Source: Callorhinchus milii
Taxonomy: Eukaryota
Direction: 5' to 3'
DNA: 64,000 nt
NCBI RefSeq assembly: GCF_018977255.1
Contig: NW_024704742.1
Span: 39,558,001-39,622,000, forward strand
Part shown: one piece after another, positions 12,635 through 25,365 of the stretch
Layout: every line of letters begins with the position of its first letter
Numbering within the stretch: the stretch's first letter is position 1
Notes under the pieces: generated by a model
What the model saw: only the letters and a program-made list of their open reading frames with translations
Database searches by the model: none
What the model was told of the DNA's origin: nothing
Made by a program: the position numbers and the translations under genes

Positions 12635-13777
12635 TTTGCCGGTGAACATGGTGGTGAATTTAAGCACAAATTGCAATGGAGTGAATGACCAATGAAGCAT
12701 GCAGGGTTACATTCTTTCAGTCTGTACCATGCCTTAGAGCTTTCAATCCTGTTTTTAACTGGATATTCATCCATCTCTTTATTTTAAAGACTTCACATGC
12801 TCTTACAATACTCCATGTATTCTCCCTTTTCTGCAAAATTCACCACAAATTGAAATGCAGAATGAAGGAGGAGCATGATGATACATGAAGAACAGTAGCA
12901 ACAGGACACCAGCCCTTGTGCTGTTTTTAAGGCTGTCTGTCATGAGATTTCCAGTCCTGGCATCAGAGCAAAGCATATTTGGCACTTTCTCTCAATTAGG
13001 TAAAATACACTTGGGATTGTCATATCAGCACAGTGCACAGAAAGTGCCACCTGAGCTCTTATTCACTTGTGCATCTGGGGATATTTTTTCGCTTTTGGCT
13101 GTACTCTTCCAAGTGATTGCACTTTGCTGCACCATTGCAGAAATACACACAGATCCACAGCTTCCAATTTTCCTTAGACCAGAGTGCCTTCCTGCTTCAT
13201 CTGGTAAATGAACTGCAATGTCATTTACATATTTAGCAAATCACACAATAATAATTATCACCTGACTTCTTCAAAGTAGAATAAGTGGCATGATTACGGC
13301 TTTAATTATTGCTTTAAAATTTCTGGTAATAACAAATACATTTTATTTCAGCACAATGAGGACATGTTAAGGGTTGAAGAACGTTCAAAAGGGAAGAACT
13401 GGGGAGTAACCACTGGAAAAAGCATCCTCACTTAGTGTTTCATGCAGCAATCCCCCTCTGCCCCATATAAGTCAACCTAACCACCAAGACTTTGACTTCT
13501 GGTGAATGGGGTTCACCAAAACACACAGTGATGCCGTATTCCCTCAAACTAGTTCTGTGTGTAAGCATTAGCTGCCATTATTTTGGCTTCTACACTATGC
13601 CAGTGGAATTCAGGCCTGCATAGCAGCTCAGTACAGGCTGACTCCATTATAACATGGTGACTTGGATCCAAAACTGTTACTCAGACTCTGTGTTACAATG
13701 GGTGTGCTCAAAATGGTCGCCCGACAGATTTTTGGGTTATCAGGTCACTACTGAGTACATTTCCTATGTACTGCACA

Positions 13778-14612
13778 TATGACAGCATCAGCATCCAAGG
13801 CTGCACTCGCCACCTCTCAAAGCCAGTCAGGAACCTCGGGGTTCTGTTCGACCCTGAGCTGTCCTTTCTCCCTCACATCTGCGCCACAACTGGCACTGCC
13901 TTCCATCACCTCCAGAATGTCGCCAGACTACGGCACTACCTCACCCCTCACGCTGCTGAAACTCTGGTCCACGCCTTTATCACCTCAAGGCTATGGGAAC
14001 TCTCTCCTCGCCGGCCTTCCCGGCACCTCCCTCCACAAGCTGCAGGTCATTCAGAACTCTGCAGCTCGTGTACTGTCCCGCACTAGGCTTCGGGACCACA
14101 TCACTCCCACCCTCGCTCGCCTCCACTGGCTCCCCATCCCCCAGAGGATCGATTTCAAGATCCTCATCCTCACCTACAAGGCCATTCACGGCCTTGCTCC
14201 CTCCTACCTCTCCGACCTACTATCCCCCTACCTACCTGCCCGTACCCTCCGTTCCTCTGGCTCTGGTCTGCTCCACATCCCCCGCCCCAACCGCCCTACC
14301 ATCGGTGGCCAGGCCTTCAGCCTCTCAGCCCCTAGGCTCTGGTACTCTATCCCCCAGTGCCTTCGCCGCCTCCTCCCTTTCCTCCTTCAAGGCCGGTCTC
14401 AAGACCTTTCTCTTTGACCGTGCCTTCAGCTCCCCTCTCGACTCTCTACCCCCTCCTCGCTCCCTCCCTTCTCTCCCCTCACCCTTTGCTTTTTCCCCCC
14501 TGCTCGGGTCCTGACCTAACTGTCCAGCGCCTTGGGACGTCCTCCCGACGTGAAAGGCGCTCAATAAATGGAATTTTGTTGTTGTTGTTATTGTTGTTGT
14601 TGTTCTTGTTGT
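13778..14612 (+). mobile_element. 5'-truncated L2 LINE
   Basis: VRNLGVLFDPELSF.PHI, LHKLQVIQNSAARVL.RTRLRDHITPTLARLHWLPIPQRIDFKILILTYKAIHGLAPSYL, (GTT)n tail. Confidence 0.95.
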
Positions 14613-14615
14613 GTG

Positions 14616-14652
14616 TTGCGTGCAGGAGGCTGGCCAATCAGTGCCGGAAGTC
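14616..14652 (+). promoter_or_regulatory. Candidate cis-regulatory motif cluster (XRE-like, CCAAT box, ETS site)
   Basis: TTGCGTG, GGCCAATCAG and GCCGGAAGT lie within ~37 bp. Motif match only, with no CpG island. Confidence 0.25.
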
Positions 14653-15200
14653 AGAAGTATATGAGTTTACCATCAACAGTCCACAGTGTGATGACACTAT
14701 AAGCAGAACCGTGCTACACATTTTAACAGCATCAGCCTGTAACAGTTTCAGTCCACCAAACCTACCTATCTGATCTCCCACAAGGTTCAGGTCTGATTTC
14801 TATCCCTCCAAGATTCAGGAATTGAAGCAAGTAAGAACCTAAAGTCCGAATAAAATTTAAGTATTCATCCCCAATCTAATTCCACCAAGCAGTCTTGTGG
14901 AAGTGGCTGTGAATTGTGTATATGCGTTGTCTGCAGATTGTCCTTGATTCCTGCAAGTGTAAAGCCATCATGGCTTTCTCTTTGTGCTTGACTTTTACAA
15001 CAGTTCTTGGGAGGAATCACCCCACTTAGGAAAAGCATTTTCTGTAACACAGCCTTGCAATTTATTTAGCGCCTTTTATGTGGTACAAATGTCTTGTCGT
15101 GCTGCACAAAGACGATAAAGATTATTGAACAGGAAGAAAAGGAAGGAAGTTTGAGGGTGTTTATCAAAGGGATATGTTTTTAATAATAATAATAATAATA

Positions 15201-15400
15201 ATCATCCATGTATTTGATACGGTGACATCACATTATTGAGATGTCTCAGAGTGCTTCACAGGATTTACTATGTAAATGTATTCCCCACAAATATACGGTC
15301 GATTCACTTTACAGCATATTTTGTGAAGCGCTTCGAGACATCTAGAAGATGTGAAAAGCGCTATATCAAATGCAAGGATTATTATTATTATATTATATTA
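15201..15400. mobile_element. Two opposed SINE 3' fragments
   Basis: (TAA)n tail at 15201 and gcgctatatcaaatgcaaggattattatt at ~15358-15390. Confidence 0.7.
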
Positions 15401-15430
15401 TTTTTAGAGAGTTTTGAAGACAGCGAGAAA

Positions 15431-16088
15431 ACAACAACAACAACAACAACTTGGATTTATATAGCGCGCTCCATGCCGGATGGCGTCTCAGAGCGCTTCA
15501 CAGTAACGGATCCCGGGGCCGAGCCAGGGGGCGGGGGAATAAGATGACCAAAGGCGCGGTCAAAAAGAAAGGTCAATGTGCTTACATATGAACTACCATG
15601 ATGTCTATCAATGTTTTCTTCATATTGCTTAAATTTAGTTGTGTTCTTTGTTCATTGACGACAACAACAACAACAACTTGGATTTATATAGCGCCCTCCA
15701 CGCCAGACGGCATCTCAGAGCGCTTTACAGTAACGGATCCCGGGGCCGAGCCGGGGGAGGAGGGGAAGGTGACCAAAGGCGCGATCAAAAAGAAAGGTCT
15801 TCAGCAGAGACCTGAAAATGGGAAGGGAGGGAGCGAGACAAAGGGAGTGAGGAAGGCAGTTCCAGAGTCTCGGGGCACAGTGGCTGAAGGCACGGCCGCC
15901 GAGGGTGGAGCAGAGGACTCGGGGGTCGAGGAGGAGGCCAGACCCGGTGGAACGAAGGCAATGGGCACTGTTTTGAGGAGAGAGGAGGTCAGAGAGGTAG
16001 GGGATGCAGCGGAGTGGAGGGATTTGAAGACAAGAGTGAGGATCTTGAAGTCGATCCTCTCTGGGCCAGGCAGCCAAGGACTGGGGTG
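15431..16088 (-). mobile_element. L2 LINE 3' portion with two 3' termini separated by 86 bp of captured unique DNA
   Basis: ERIDFKILTLVFKSLH on the minus strand; (ACA)n tails at 15431 and 15661; 15575-15660 equals 41487-41572. Confidence 0.9.
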
Positions 16089-16706
16089 ATCAGGGAGCAA
16101 TGCATAGAGAATTTGGGAGCCAGTTCAAAAGAGCAGAGGCATAGAGGTTAAATCTCTGATGGGATTGGGAGAATGGAGAATGAGGAGTAGAGCAGAGTCA
16201 GAAAGGCATGGGCAGGATAATAGAGCAGACTCAGCCACTGTTAAGCGCTCCGTGACTCTACCTGGCTTGAAGGGCACTGTATAAATGCAAGTTGTTGCTG
16301 TAGGTTTGCGGAAGATTGCAAATAAGAGATGGACAACATTGTGAAGAAACTAGATGGTGTGGAGAAAGATCTTGAAGCTGATCTACATGGCTCATGGAGT
16401 TTGGAGCAGATTGGGGTAATGGGTCTGTTCAGTCTACTGAAGGAGAGAATACTATGCTTTGGTTGTGTATTCAAGGTTTTTGGCTTGATGAATAGCACCA
16501 ATGGTGTGTTGCCTATTGCTGATATAATTTTGAATACGCTGCTGAATGAGATGGAAACTTGCTTCTATAACTCAACACAAATTTATTTTCACCTTTCCAT
16601 TGGTAACAATGCAAGGGAGTTTATACACTTATACAAATGGGTGAAGCTTGGGGAGATTAGGAGTGGCCTATCAGAAAATGAGCAGATCAGACACCATTTT
16701 GCAGAA

Positions 16707-18240
16707 TTTTTTTTTTTGGTCAGCCGGGTGTCTGGCACATGCGGAATCTCAGCACCATGCTTAATAGTATCCAAACCAAACTAATATTTCTATGCATCCC
16801 ACCTACACATGGAAATTCCAGAGATGGATTGTTGGAATGGACAAACTCTTCCTGGAGGAACACATCCAGATTATCTAATTCCAGAAGGTATTAGGTGCAG
16901 GTTGGCAAGAGCCAAGGCTTGGGGATCCCAGAGTGTGCGTTGGGGTACTGCTGGAGTCCAACCAGCTAAAACCACTTAGCTTTCCAATTGGTATTGCCGT
17001 CTGGCAAGCTTTCTTGCTGCTTGTCCACCTAGGATCACTCTACCCATGAGGGCTTTGGCTTGAAGGGTTAACAGGAACCGATTGGGATGACTCCCTACTC
17101 CTAGTGACTGGTGTGCCTTTCCAAGTCCTGCCGAAGAGCCAGGCTGGCTGTGCTGTCATCAGCAGTGCCCTGAAATTATGCGGACCCATCTGACTCACAA
17201 ACTGGACTAGCAGGACTGCCACAGAAGGCTGGCTCGATTCTGACCTTCCATTGCAAGGCATATCACCTTGGAGCCAGTTCAGCATCAAGGAGACCCTGCT
17301 TACCTCCCCACCAAGGAGGAATGTCACTAGTTCGGCGTTTGACATCCAACAAGAGCGGGTTTGAACCCTCACTAGGTGGATGGAAGGTATAAGGAACTCC
17401 CTGCGAGCTTCCTGGTGAGCAATACATCTTAGCGTAAAATGCATGAGAGCATTGCCACTCTCTTCCTGTCCGCAGCACTTCACACATCCCTTCCCATGGA
17501 GCGATGGTTCCATCAGTTGGAGGTCCAGCGTTTAAGCAGCAGCTGCTTGCTTTTCTGGAGGCCAATCAAGGCAGATTCCAGGCGCTGGATGTACGAATAT
17601 GTGTTCACGAACTCCAGGTAACGTCTTCCAGCAGCTGTTGCCCCAAGACTCAAAATTTCCTCATCAGCTATCTGATGGGCACCTTCCTCCAGTGTGTTGG
17701 GAGCACCTGTACAGGACAGCTTGTGATGTGCCAGCCACCTTGATGTTCTTGAGGTCCCAAGTCCATTGCCGCATACCAGACTTACTCAGCACCAACTGTT
17801 TAATCCAGGTCCTCATGTGAGGGGCCTTGACAAAAAGCTGCCTCTGCCTCCAGGGTGCTTAGCGACAAGTGAGTGTAGGCTGGAGTCCTCCCTCCCGGTA
17901 GCCACTTCCTATGTTTGCTTTAAATCCACCTCACTGCCTGATCCTGGAGTTTGCAACGGGTCGGAGGAAGCCTCTTTGCTACATCCCCTGGAGCTCAGAT
18001 CCATAAAGAACGACTGTTTGCACATAAGTCTTGTATGCCACAAGCTTGAACTGCATTGGGACTCTGCTGTCCTTGAAGAGGGATGAACATGACCAGTTTG
18101 CCCTTCGCTCCTTCTCAGCGCGGTCCTTCAGGACAGTGTCCAGGTTGAAGTTGGTGTCCATCATGACTCCGAGGTACCGATAGGAATCAACAAATGGGAC
18201 TGAAGTCCCTTGTACCTTCCAATCAATTCTTTTCAGAACA
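16707..18240 (-). mobile_element. 5'-truncated non-L2/non-CR1 LINE (RT end, CCHC knuckle, ~320-bp 3' UTR, poly(A)); clade unresolved, RTE-X/Proto2-like by impression
   Basis: Minus strand: VPFVDSYRYLGVMMDTNFN...KLVAYKTYVQTVVLYGSEL, then after frameshifts CVKCCGQEESGNALMHFTLRC..HQEAR...TFLLGG, stop at 17040, A11 tail at 16707-16717. Confidence 0.85.
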
Positions 18241-19749
18241 AAGTACCTAGTTCAGACAACAACAATAACAACAACAAATTACATTTGTAAAGCGCCTTTC
18301 ATATCGTGAAATATTTTGTTGCTTTTACCCTGAAAACCTTTGTAATTTATTTGTTAGATTTTTTTAATCACATAAATACCATGAGTTGCATGAGTCAAGA
18401 ACTGTTTAGCATTTTGTACCTGAAATCCGACTTGCCCTCAGGACTTATTCTAACTTCACAACTATCAATGCACAGAAAAAGCTGTGTTGAAATGCCAGAT
18501 AGTGTTGGGAGGTGAAAATACTTCAGTTGCGCTGGGAATATCACTGGCACCTTTTTTTTTCTGTGGAAAAGCTAGCTATATATTATACCCTTCAAACGAA
18601 AGTGGTAGAAAACAGGCTGGTTGTCCAGAGACATAAAGTAGCCATTGAAATGGAGATTTCCTCAGGTCTCCTTAGATCACAAACCTTTTCCCTTCATTTC
18701 TGTTTACCCTTGGATGCCTTTTACACTGCAAGAGACATTTTTAGTCTGGAAGCTTGGACATCAGTTGCCAGCTTTGCAGGCTGTTTGAAATAAAACATGA
18801 ATGAACAAAAGAAAAAAAGCAAATAAACACAGATATAATGTTTCACTGGACATAAAATGAAGGGTGTGTGTTTTTGTGTTCAATCAGTCTTTAAGAATTA
18901 AGTCACTAAGGTCAGGATAATGTATTGATCCAAGTGCCTGAACTGAGTTTTAGCAAAATACCATTTATTTTGAATTACACACTACAAAGGATGCTTTCAT
19001 TGTAAGCCAAGAATAAATTTATATCTTTCCACAAATATCAAGAGTCATTAAACTCAATGAGAGGTTTCGCCCAGTGCCAAGTTTTGATTTTTCTAAATTA
19101 AACCATTGAGACACTGGTTCTTTGAATAACATCCTTATAAAGCTGATTTAATAGTTTGCCTACTAAACCAAGAAGATGTTCATACATCAAATAGTTTGTT
19201 TATGGTGTGATAGAATGTTGGCAGGTTCCCAAGTGAGCTTCATGGTAACTGCAATAGCTGAAATTTCACAGTTTCTAATGTTTCGTCTGCCCTCTGAGAG
19301 CCTGAAAGAATAGCTTCTTTGTGTGATTTACACCATATAAAGTTGGTAGGTGGGTGTGGCATGTGAATAGAGCCTTTCAAATAACAGGCAACTGACTGAG
19401 TTGGAATTGAGTATTTTGAGGAGACACTATAATTATATAAAGCAGTCAGTTTATGGCATTGCACATATTTGGTAAACAATTCCTTCTTCAAATCGATTTT
19501 GCTTTCCTGTTTTTACTGTTCTGAGGGTGCTTCTCTGAATTGCAATCAAACACATCTTTCTTTTAAAGTAAGTGAGTTTGTGAGACAAAGCAGTGCATTG
19601 TCATCAATGTTGTAAAGAGAGCAATAACTATGAGCAGTTAAGCAGATGTATTAACCATATTGATGTTTCGTTATATTGTAGTGGGTTCAATCTACTCAGC
19701 TAAAGTTCCAGAAAAAGTAAAGCTTAAAAGTCATCACTTCAAAAATAGC

Positions 19750-20455
19750 ATCTAATACTCAACCCCCACATCAGGACTTTGAGCTCATCATCTGGGTTGA
19801 CATCCCAGTGTAAGGCTGGAGAAGCATTGCATTGACAAAGATGCCGTCCACTGGACAGAACAAAGCGACTCAGAGAAGTTATGCTACGTGAAAGGTGCTA
19901 TATATATCTAAATTGGTGGTGTTGATGTTAAAATTCAGGCCTATTCTGTTTGTTTAGATGGACATTAAAGAATTCATGGTGCTATTTGAAATGAGAAGGG
20001 AGTTTCTCCCTGTGTCCTGGCCAAATATCAATTAGGTTAAAAATTGGACATTCACTTCACTGCTGTTTTGTGGGTCATTGCTATGCGTAAATCACCTAGA
20101 AATACTATATAACATGTACATTAGTTGTCAGCTGAGATCAGTTGGTAACACACTTCCTGTGAGCTGGAAGATTTTGCATTCTAGATGCACATCGGGACTT
20201 TAAACTCACATAGTCCAGGCTAACACTGAGATGCAATAGAACTACTTGAAAAGAGAAGGAATTTCTTCCTGTGTCTTAGTCAACAATCCCCCAGACAAAA
20301 TTGATCATTCTCTTCATTGATGTTAGTGGGAAATTGCTATGTGCAATTGGCTGACCCATTTGCCTGGAAAAAATACAATAAAACCTATGCAGCACTTTGA
20401 GACATCTTTCTGTCATGAAAGGCACTATATTAAACACAACAATTATTATTATAAT
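19750..20455 (+). mobile_element. Two degenerate Deu-domain SINEs in tandem
   Basis: catcaggacttt.agctc heads, ggagtttctccctgtgtcctggcc and gtgggaaattgctatgtgcaattggctg bodies, aaggcactatatt..aattattatt tail. Confidence 0.65.
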
Positions 20456-21083
20456 GTAGTATTTCTTCACAACAGTGATAAAAACACACTTTTACAATCT
20501 ATCTCTTTATGGATTCCTTCTACTCAGAGGTAATGTGTTTCACATGTGGCTAACAAAGGCGGAATTATAACGAACAAGTACTATACATTGATAAGAGAAA
20601 TCAATGTGGTGGCATGGTGTAATTACTATATAACATATTTTTATAGGAATTTGATCTGAGTAAAGTTATATTTGAAATAATTTTAAACTCTAAAATAAAT
20701 TGAAATGATTCATCAGTTTTCACCTTGTTGCTCCTCTACTAGTCTTCTGTGACGGATTCAAATTGTAAGGTTTTGTTTTCATTTCTCTTGTGTATGAAAG
20801 TTAAGTACTCTGCTGAAATCAGATGCCTTACAATAGTTCTTTACCTTGGTGGTCAAGTCTTCTCAGTTGTTTTGCACACTGGTGGCTAGGATCCTTATCT
20901 CCTTTGTATTATAAACCATTAAGGTAGTGATTCTTCATGATAGTGCCTGATCATTCACACCAGACCTTCTCTTCCCAGCCTCAATCTGTCACTGAACGTT
21001 TCCTCTTATCTTATGAGGTGTCCACCAAATTCTATTACCTCCCTGATATTTTCTGCAAATGATTTTTTTATTTTCTGTTGCAG

Positions 21084-21231
21084 ATGAGTCGAGTGTAACA
21101 ATGTCTGATACCAGCAACTTCCCCGTCACTCCATCCATGTTACAGAAGATGTTGCACTGAACATGGCAACGGATCATAATCTGCCATGAAGATGATGGCG
21201 CTCATACTGATCCTCTGGACGTTTAAATAAA
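21084..21231 (+). other. Candidate 3'-terminal exon of an unidentified transcript
   Basis: Strong acceptor tttttttattttctgttgcag, short frame (D)ESSVTMSDTSNFPVTPSMLQKMLH* ending at 21160, AATAAA at 21226-21231. No homology recognised. Confidence 0.25.
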
Positions 21232-22761
21232 GTTAAGCACTTGTACTTTTAAATACAATTATCATCATTCTGCCACATGTTTCAATTGTTGATCAGTGCA
21301 CTGTAGGAAAGAAAACATGTGGGTAACAGGACTTTGTGAACACCCTGTACAGCTATACAATTTACAACTCCAGTCGTTGAGTCTCATCCAATCAACAGTG
21401 CAGAACTCCTAACTATGCTTTGCAACTCATAGGACTATTTCCTAAACTAACATGACTCCTGCTACCAGATGGAATAGATGATGGTTTTATCACTCAAACT
21501 TAAGTCAGATTAACTAATTCCCCTCAAGGAGATGATTTTTATTCAGGGACTCAGGTGAGACGTTCTCCTGAAAATGTAATGAGCATCTTCAGGTGCTAAA
21601 AACAGACAGTACAGTCCTCTGAAACTGTAGCTCCTCAAATTCATATACATTTATAATTTACGGGACAGATGGTAAGTAAGAAAAACACAATTTTAAAGAT
21701 ACATTTTCCGGAAAGCTGCCGTGGTTTGCAAAATAGGTTTTCACCCTAGTTTGAAATAGCACATTGCTCAACCCTATTGCAATAAAGATGAATAAGTGCT
21801 AAGGACTAGAGAGTGGCGTGTTGTAGAATTCTTCTTCAATAAACTTAACAGTGAACTTGGCACCACGTGCATTACTTTTCACAAACTATGCAAGATAGAT
21901 GGCTGCCAACCTTCCATCGGAATTGTGGAATTTGGCCAGAACTGTGCTTACTTTTCACAGTCTTGACAGCTCGCATTGTGTGCATGATCTGTCTTTATTT
22001 CATTTTCGTTCATCCCTTCAGTAAAATTGGATTCATGTTTACTACCTCTCTTGAAGCGGCTGTTCACATCACATACAGACACTTTTCTGAATGCCGTTTG
22101 GCAGTGGAGTTGCGCTCTTATTCAATATTCATAATGTCTTCATAGTGGCTAGTTTTATTTTACCAGAATTTAAATCTTTACAGCTAATGCAGAAAGATTT
22201 GCACTGCACAGTTCTGAAACATTTCTTAAAACTTTGTTTGATAGTTAACCTAGATATTCAGAGGAAATTATAGGTAACTGTGAGACCACCATCATAGATC
22301 GCACAAACAGATACTGATCACACACAGACACAGACTCGGTTCATTGATCAAACAGTTTATTAGCACAGGGCAGAACCTCATCAGCCTTCAACAGCCCTCA
22401 AGAAAGACCGACAAGACTTTGATCTCTAATAGACCAGGAAGGATTGCAGTTTCCTGGTTTCATGGTCAATGTCCTGCACTTACTTTCTCTTATGGTTTCC
22501 ACCATTTTAACTCAAATCACATTCTACTGGTCAGTTCAACAGCCGCACATATTTCTACCACAGTCCTAAGCCTGAAATGTGTAGCATATAAATTATATTA
22601 CCATTCACTTTGATTCATGGAATTAGTCTCCAGTTTATCAAACTTAATTTTATCATTTAAGTACTTAATTTTACTTAATTTATAATTGTGCTATAAAGCC
22701 ATTTTTTGTCATGTGTATTGTTATTTTCCATTATTCCTCTGAAAGGAATTTTGTTTATTTT

Positions 22762-22997
22762 GGTTTGCCCACAAAATATACAGTCAATTCACTTTACAGT
22801 ATATTCTTGAGACACCTTGAAGATGTGATAATGCGCTATATCAAATGCAAAGATTATTATAAGTATCAAAGAGAATTGATGCACGATTGAAACATATACA
22901 ATAAATTCACTTTACAGTATATTCTGTGAAGTGTTTTGAGATGTCTCGAAGATGTGATAAGGCGCTATATCAAATGCGAGGATTATTATTATTATCA
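22762..22997 (+). mobile_element. Two tandem SINE 3' ends
   Basis: aattcactttacagtatattct...gaagatgtgataa.gcgctatatcaaatgc..gattattat occurs twice. Confidence 0.8.
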
Positions 22998-25090
22998 TTA
23001 TAAACATGGGCCATGCTCTGGTCTCTTATCCAATGCCATTATTCATGTGTAAGCTGTTATAGTGAGAAATGTCAGGTTTTCAATTCTGGAGCCCAGTCCT
23101 GTCCTCACCTAATCCATAGATGTGCATCTTTAAGCAGGGATCTCCAAAAAACAATCAGGAATAGAAACCATGAAGTCAGTGACATTTGTGGAGAGGAAGG
23201 GGGAAAGAGAGAGGTTGTTCTTTTCCAAACCTATTGTTAACACCAGGTCTTAAGGACAAACATAACCATATTTTGTATCCAGTCAATAAAACGTTTCTTA
23301 ATTACAGAACAGCATGTATTTATATAGTGCCCTTCACATACTTTAACTACAGAACAGTTGTATATATAAAGCTAAAGTTCAACTTTAACTATACTTAAAG
23401 TATACTTTAACTACAGAACAGCAGAATACTGCATTTTCCCTTCTTAATTTATTTTATAAATTAGAAATAGTTTTTTACTGTCATATCTGTAAAGATTACA
23501 AAACATATTATACACAACTAGTCCGAAATACTACTCAACTCCTTCCAGACTCCCTGTCCTTTAGTATAACTATAGCAGTGAAATGTATTTTAAAATACCG
23601 CACAGAGGCATAGATAGATTGATTAATGCCATAAGTATTTCCTTTATCCATTCATCCTTGAATATCCCCATCTGCTTTGCATTCAGGCACTTATTGGAAA
23701 AAGAAAAATCACATTGTTACTTGAATCCATACCAGACATAGAAAAATGCTTTTCTTTTGCAAATGTCCCGAAGGGAAGAAATACAGTGGCAATTAAATGC
23801 TAACAATAGAACTTTAAAATGGAATGGTTTACTATTATGTCTTAGGCAAGAGTTCAAAGTCTTTGAATTCAAGACAATATATATTATTTCCCTATTTTCC
23901 CAAATTGTTACAGCTAGTCTTAGATACTTTTTTTTGTTATATAATTTTGACATATTTTAAATATAGGAACTGCAAATACTGGTGTTGGATACATAACATC
24001 AGAACCAAAACTGAGAAGTGTTCAATTGATGGTTTGCATAATGCAGCCATTATACCATAACAGAGTCATAATTATATGGGTAAGTGTTCAGTTCATAATC
24101 CAATTACTTACATTAAACAGTTGTGATAATAAAATGCATTATTAGGGAATGCTGTCCATTTACTCAGTGTTTGCAGATTGTAGTTCTTATACTATAAGAT
24201 ATAAGTAGTACATTAATGAACTGTCTTATTATTCTATCCTGCAATGCATAAAATTATGCATGCCATTATTCATGCTTAATGACTTTTCTTATCAAGAGCT
24301 ACTGTTTTTATTTTATCCTATTCTTCAGCTTGCTTGTGGGAAGGGAGATCTTAATGTTGTGGACTGCGGGCAGAATGTTTGAAAGCTTTAGATTATAGTT
24401 AAAGACCTTTTGACTTTTTCCATATTTCCTGAAAGTGAAGGCACACTATGAACTGAACAATCAATTTTACTGCCCTGCTTTGGATTAGATTTACCGACAG
24501 AATGTAGTTTATCTTTTTATTTAGCTAGCTAGTTGTTTGATTCTAATTTTAAGCAAATTTAGTAAGAGATCAGTAATAATATGTTTTCTGATCTCATCCT
24601 CTGCTGGCAATACATTCACTCTTGAGTATTTCTATTGATCTAACTTTCACATCCATACAGTTTTCTCGTTGACTTGTATAAACCATATGTAAACTTATGT
24701 GTGGAGAATTACAGGTGCCCTTTATTGGGTATTTAATAACAAACAAATGAAAAGATCACAAATTCTGTACAATCTCCTCTGTACATGCACATTTTTACAC
24801 ATTTCAACAATCTTTAAACACTGTAAATCATGATAATGATAAAATATGACAGTGGCTCTTCAAGGATTTTCAAGTGCAACTAAAGTAGCGAATTAAAAAG
24901 GAAAAATCGTTCAAAACCTTTAGAGTAATCAGAAGGAAAATACTTATTATGTAGTTTGCCTGATATAAATCTTTTGACAAATCCTAGACGTGAAACAATG
25001 TCTTTCCCATCGTCTGGACTGAAAGTCTCCTGCGATAAGTACTGTGTAACATGATGTTATTGAAATTAGTCAAAAAGCAAGGGAGAAGAA

Positions 25091-25365
25091 GAACAACAAC
25101 AACTTGGATTTATATAGCGCCCTCCACCCCGGACGGCGTCTCAGAGCGCTTCACAGTGACGGATCCCGGGACCGAGCCAGGGGGAGGGGGAGGAAGGTGC
25201 CCAAAGGCGCGGTCGAAAAGAAAGGTCTTCAGCAGAGTCCTGAAAATGCGAAGGGAGCGGGCGAGGCGAAGGGAGTGAGGAAGGCAGTTCCAGAGCCTCG
25301 GGGCATAGTGGCTGAAGGCACGGCCGCTGAGGGTGGAGCGGAGAACTCAGGGGACGAGGAGAAGA
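25091..25365 (-). mobile_element. L2 LINE 3' end
   Basis: (AAC)n ttggatttatatagcgccctcc..., same subfamily as 15431, 41573 and 61076. Confidence 0.9.

Noticed and set aside
13779..14417. 212-aa ORF (and 37700-38386, 41510-42061) as host genes
   Set aside because: Frameshifted or antisense translations of L2 ORF2.
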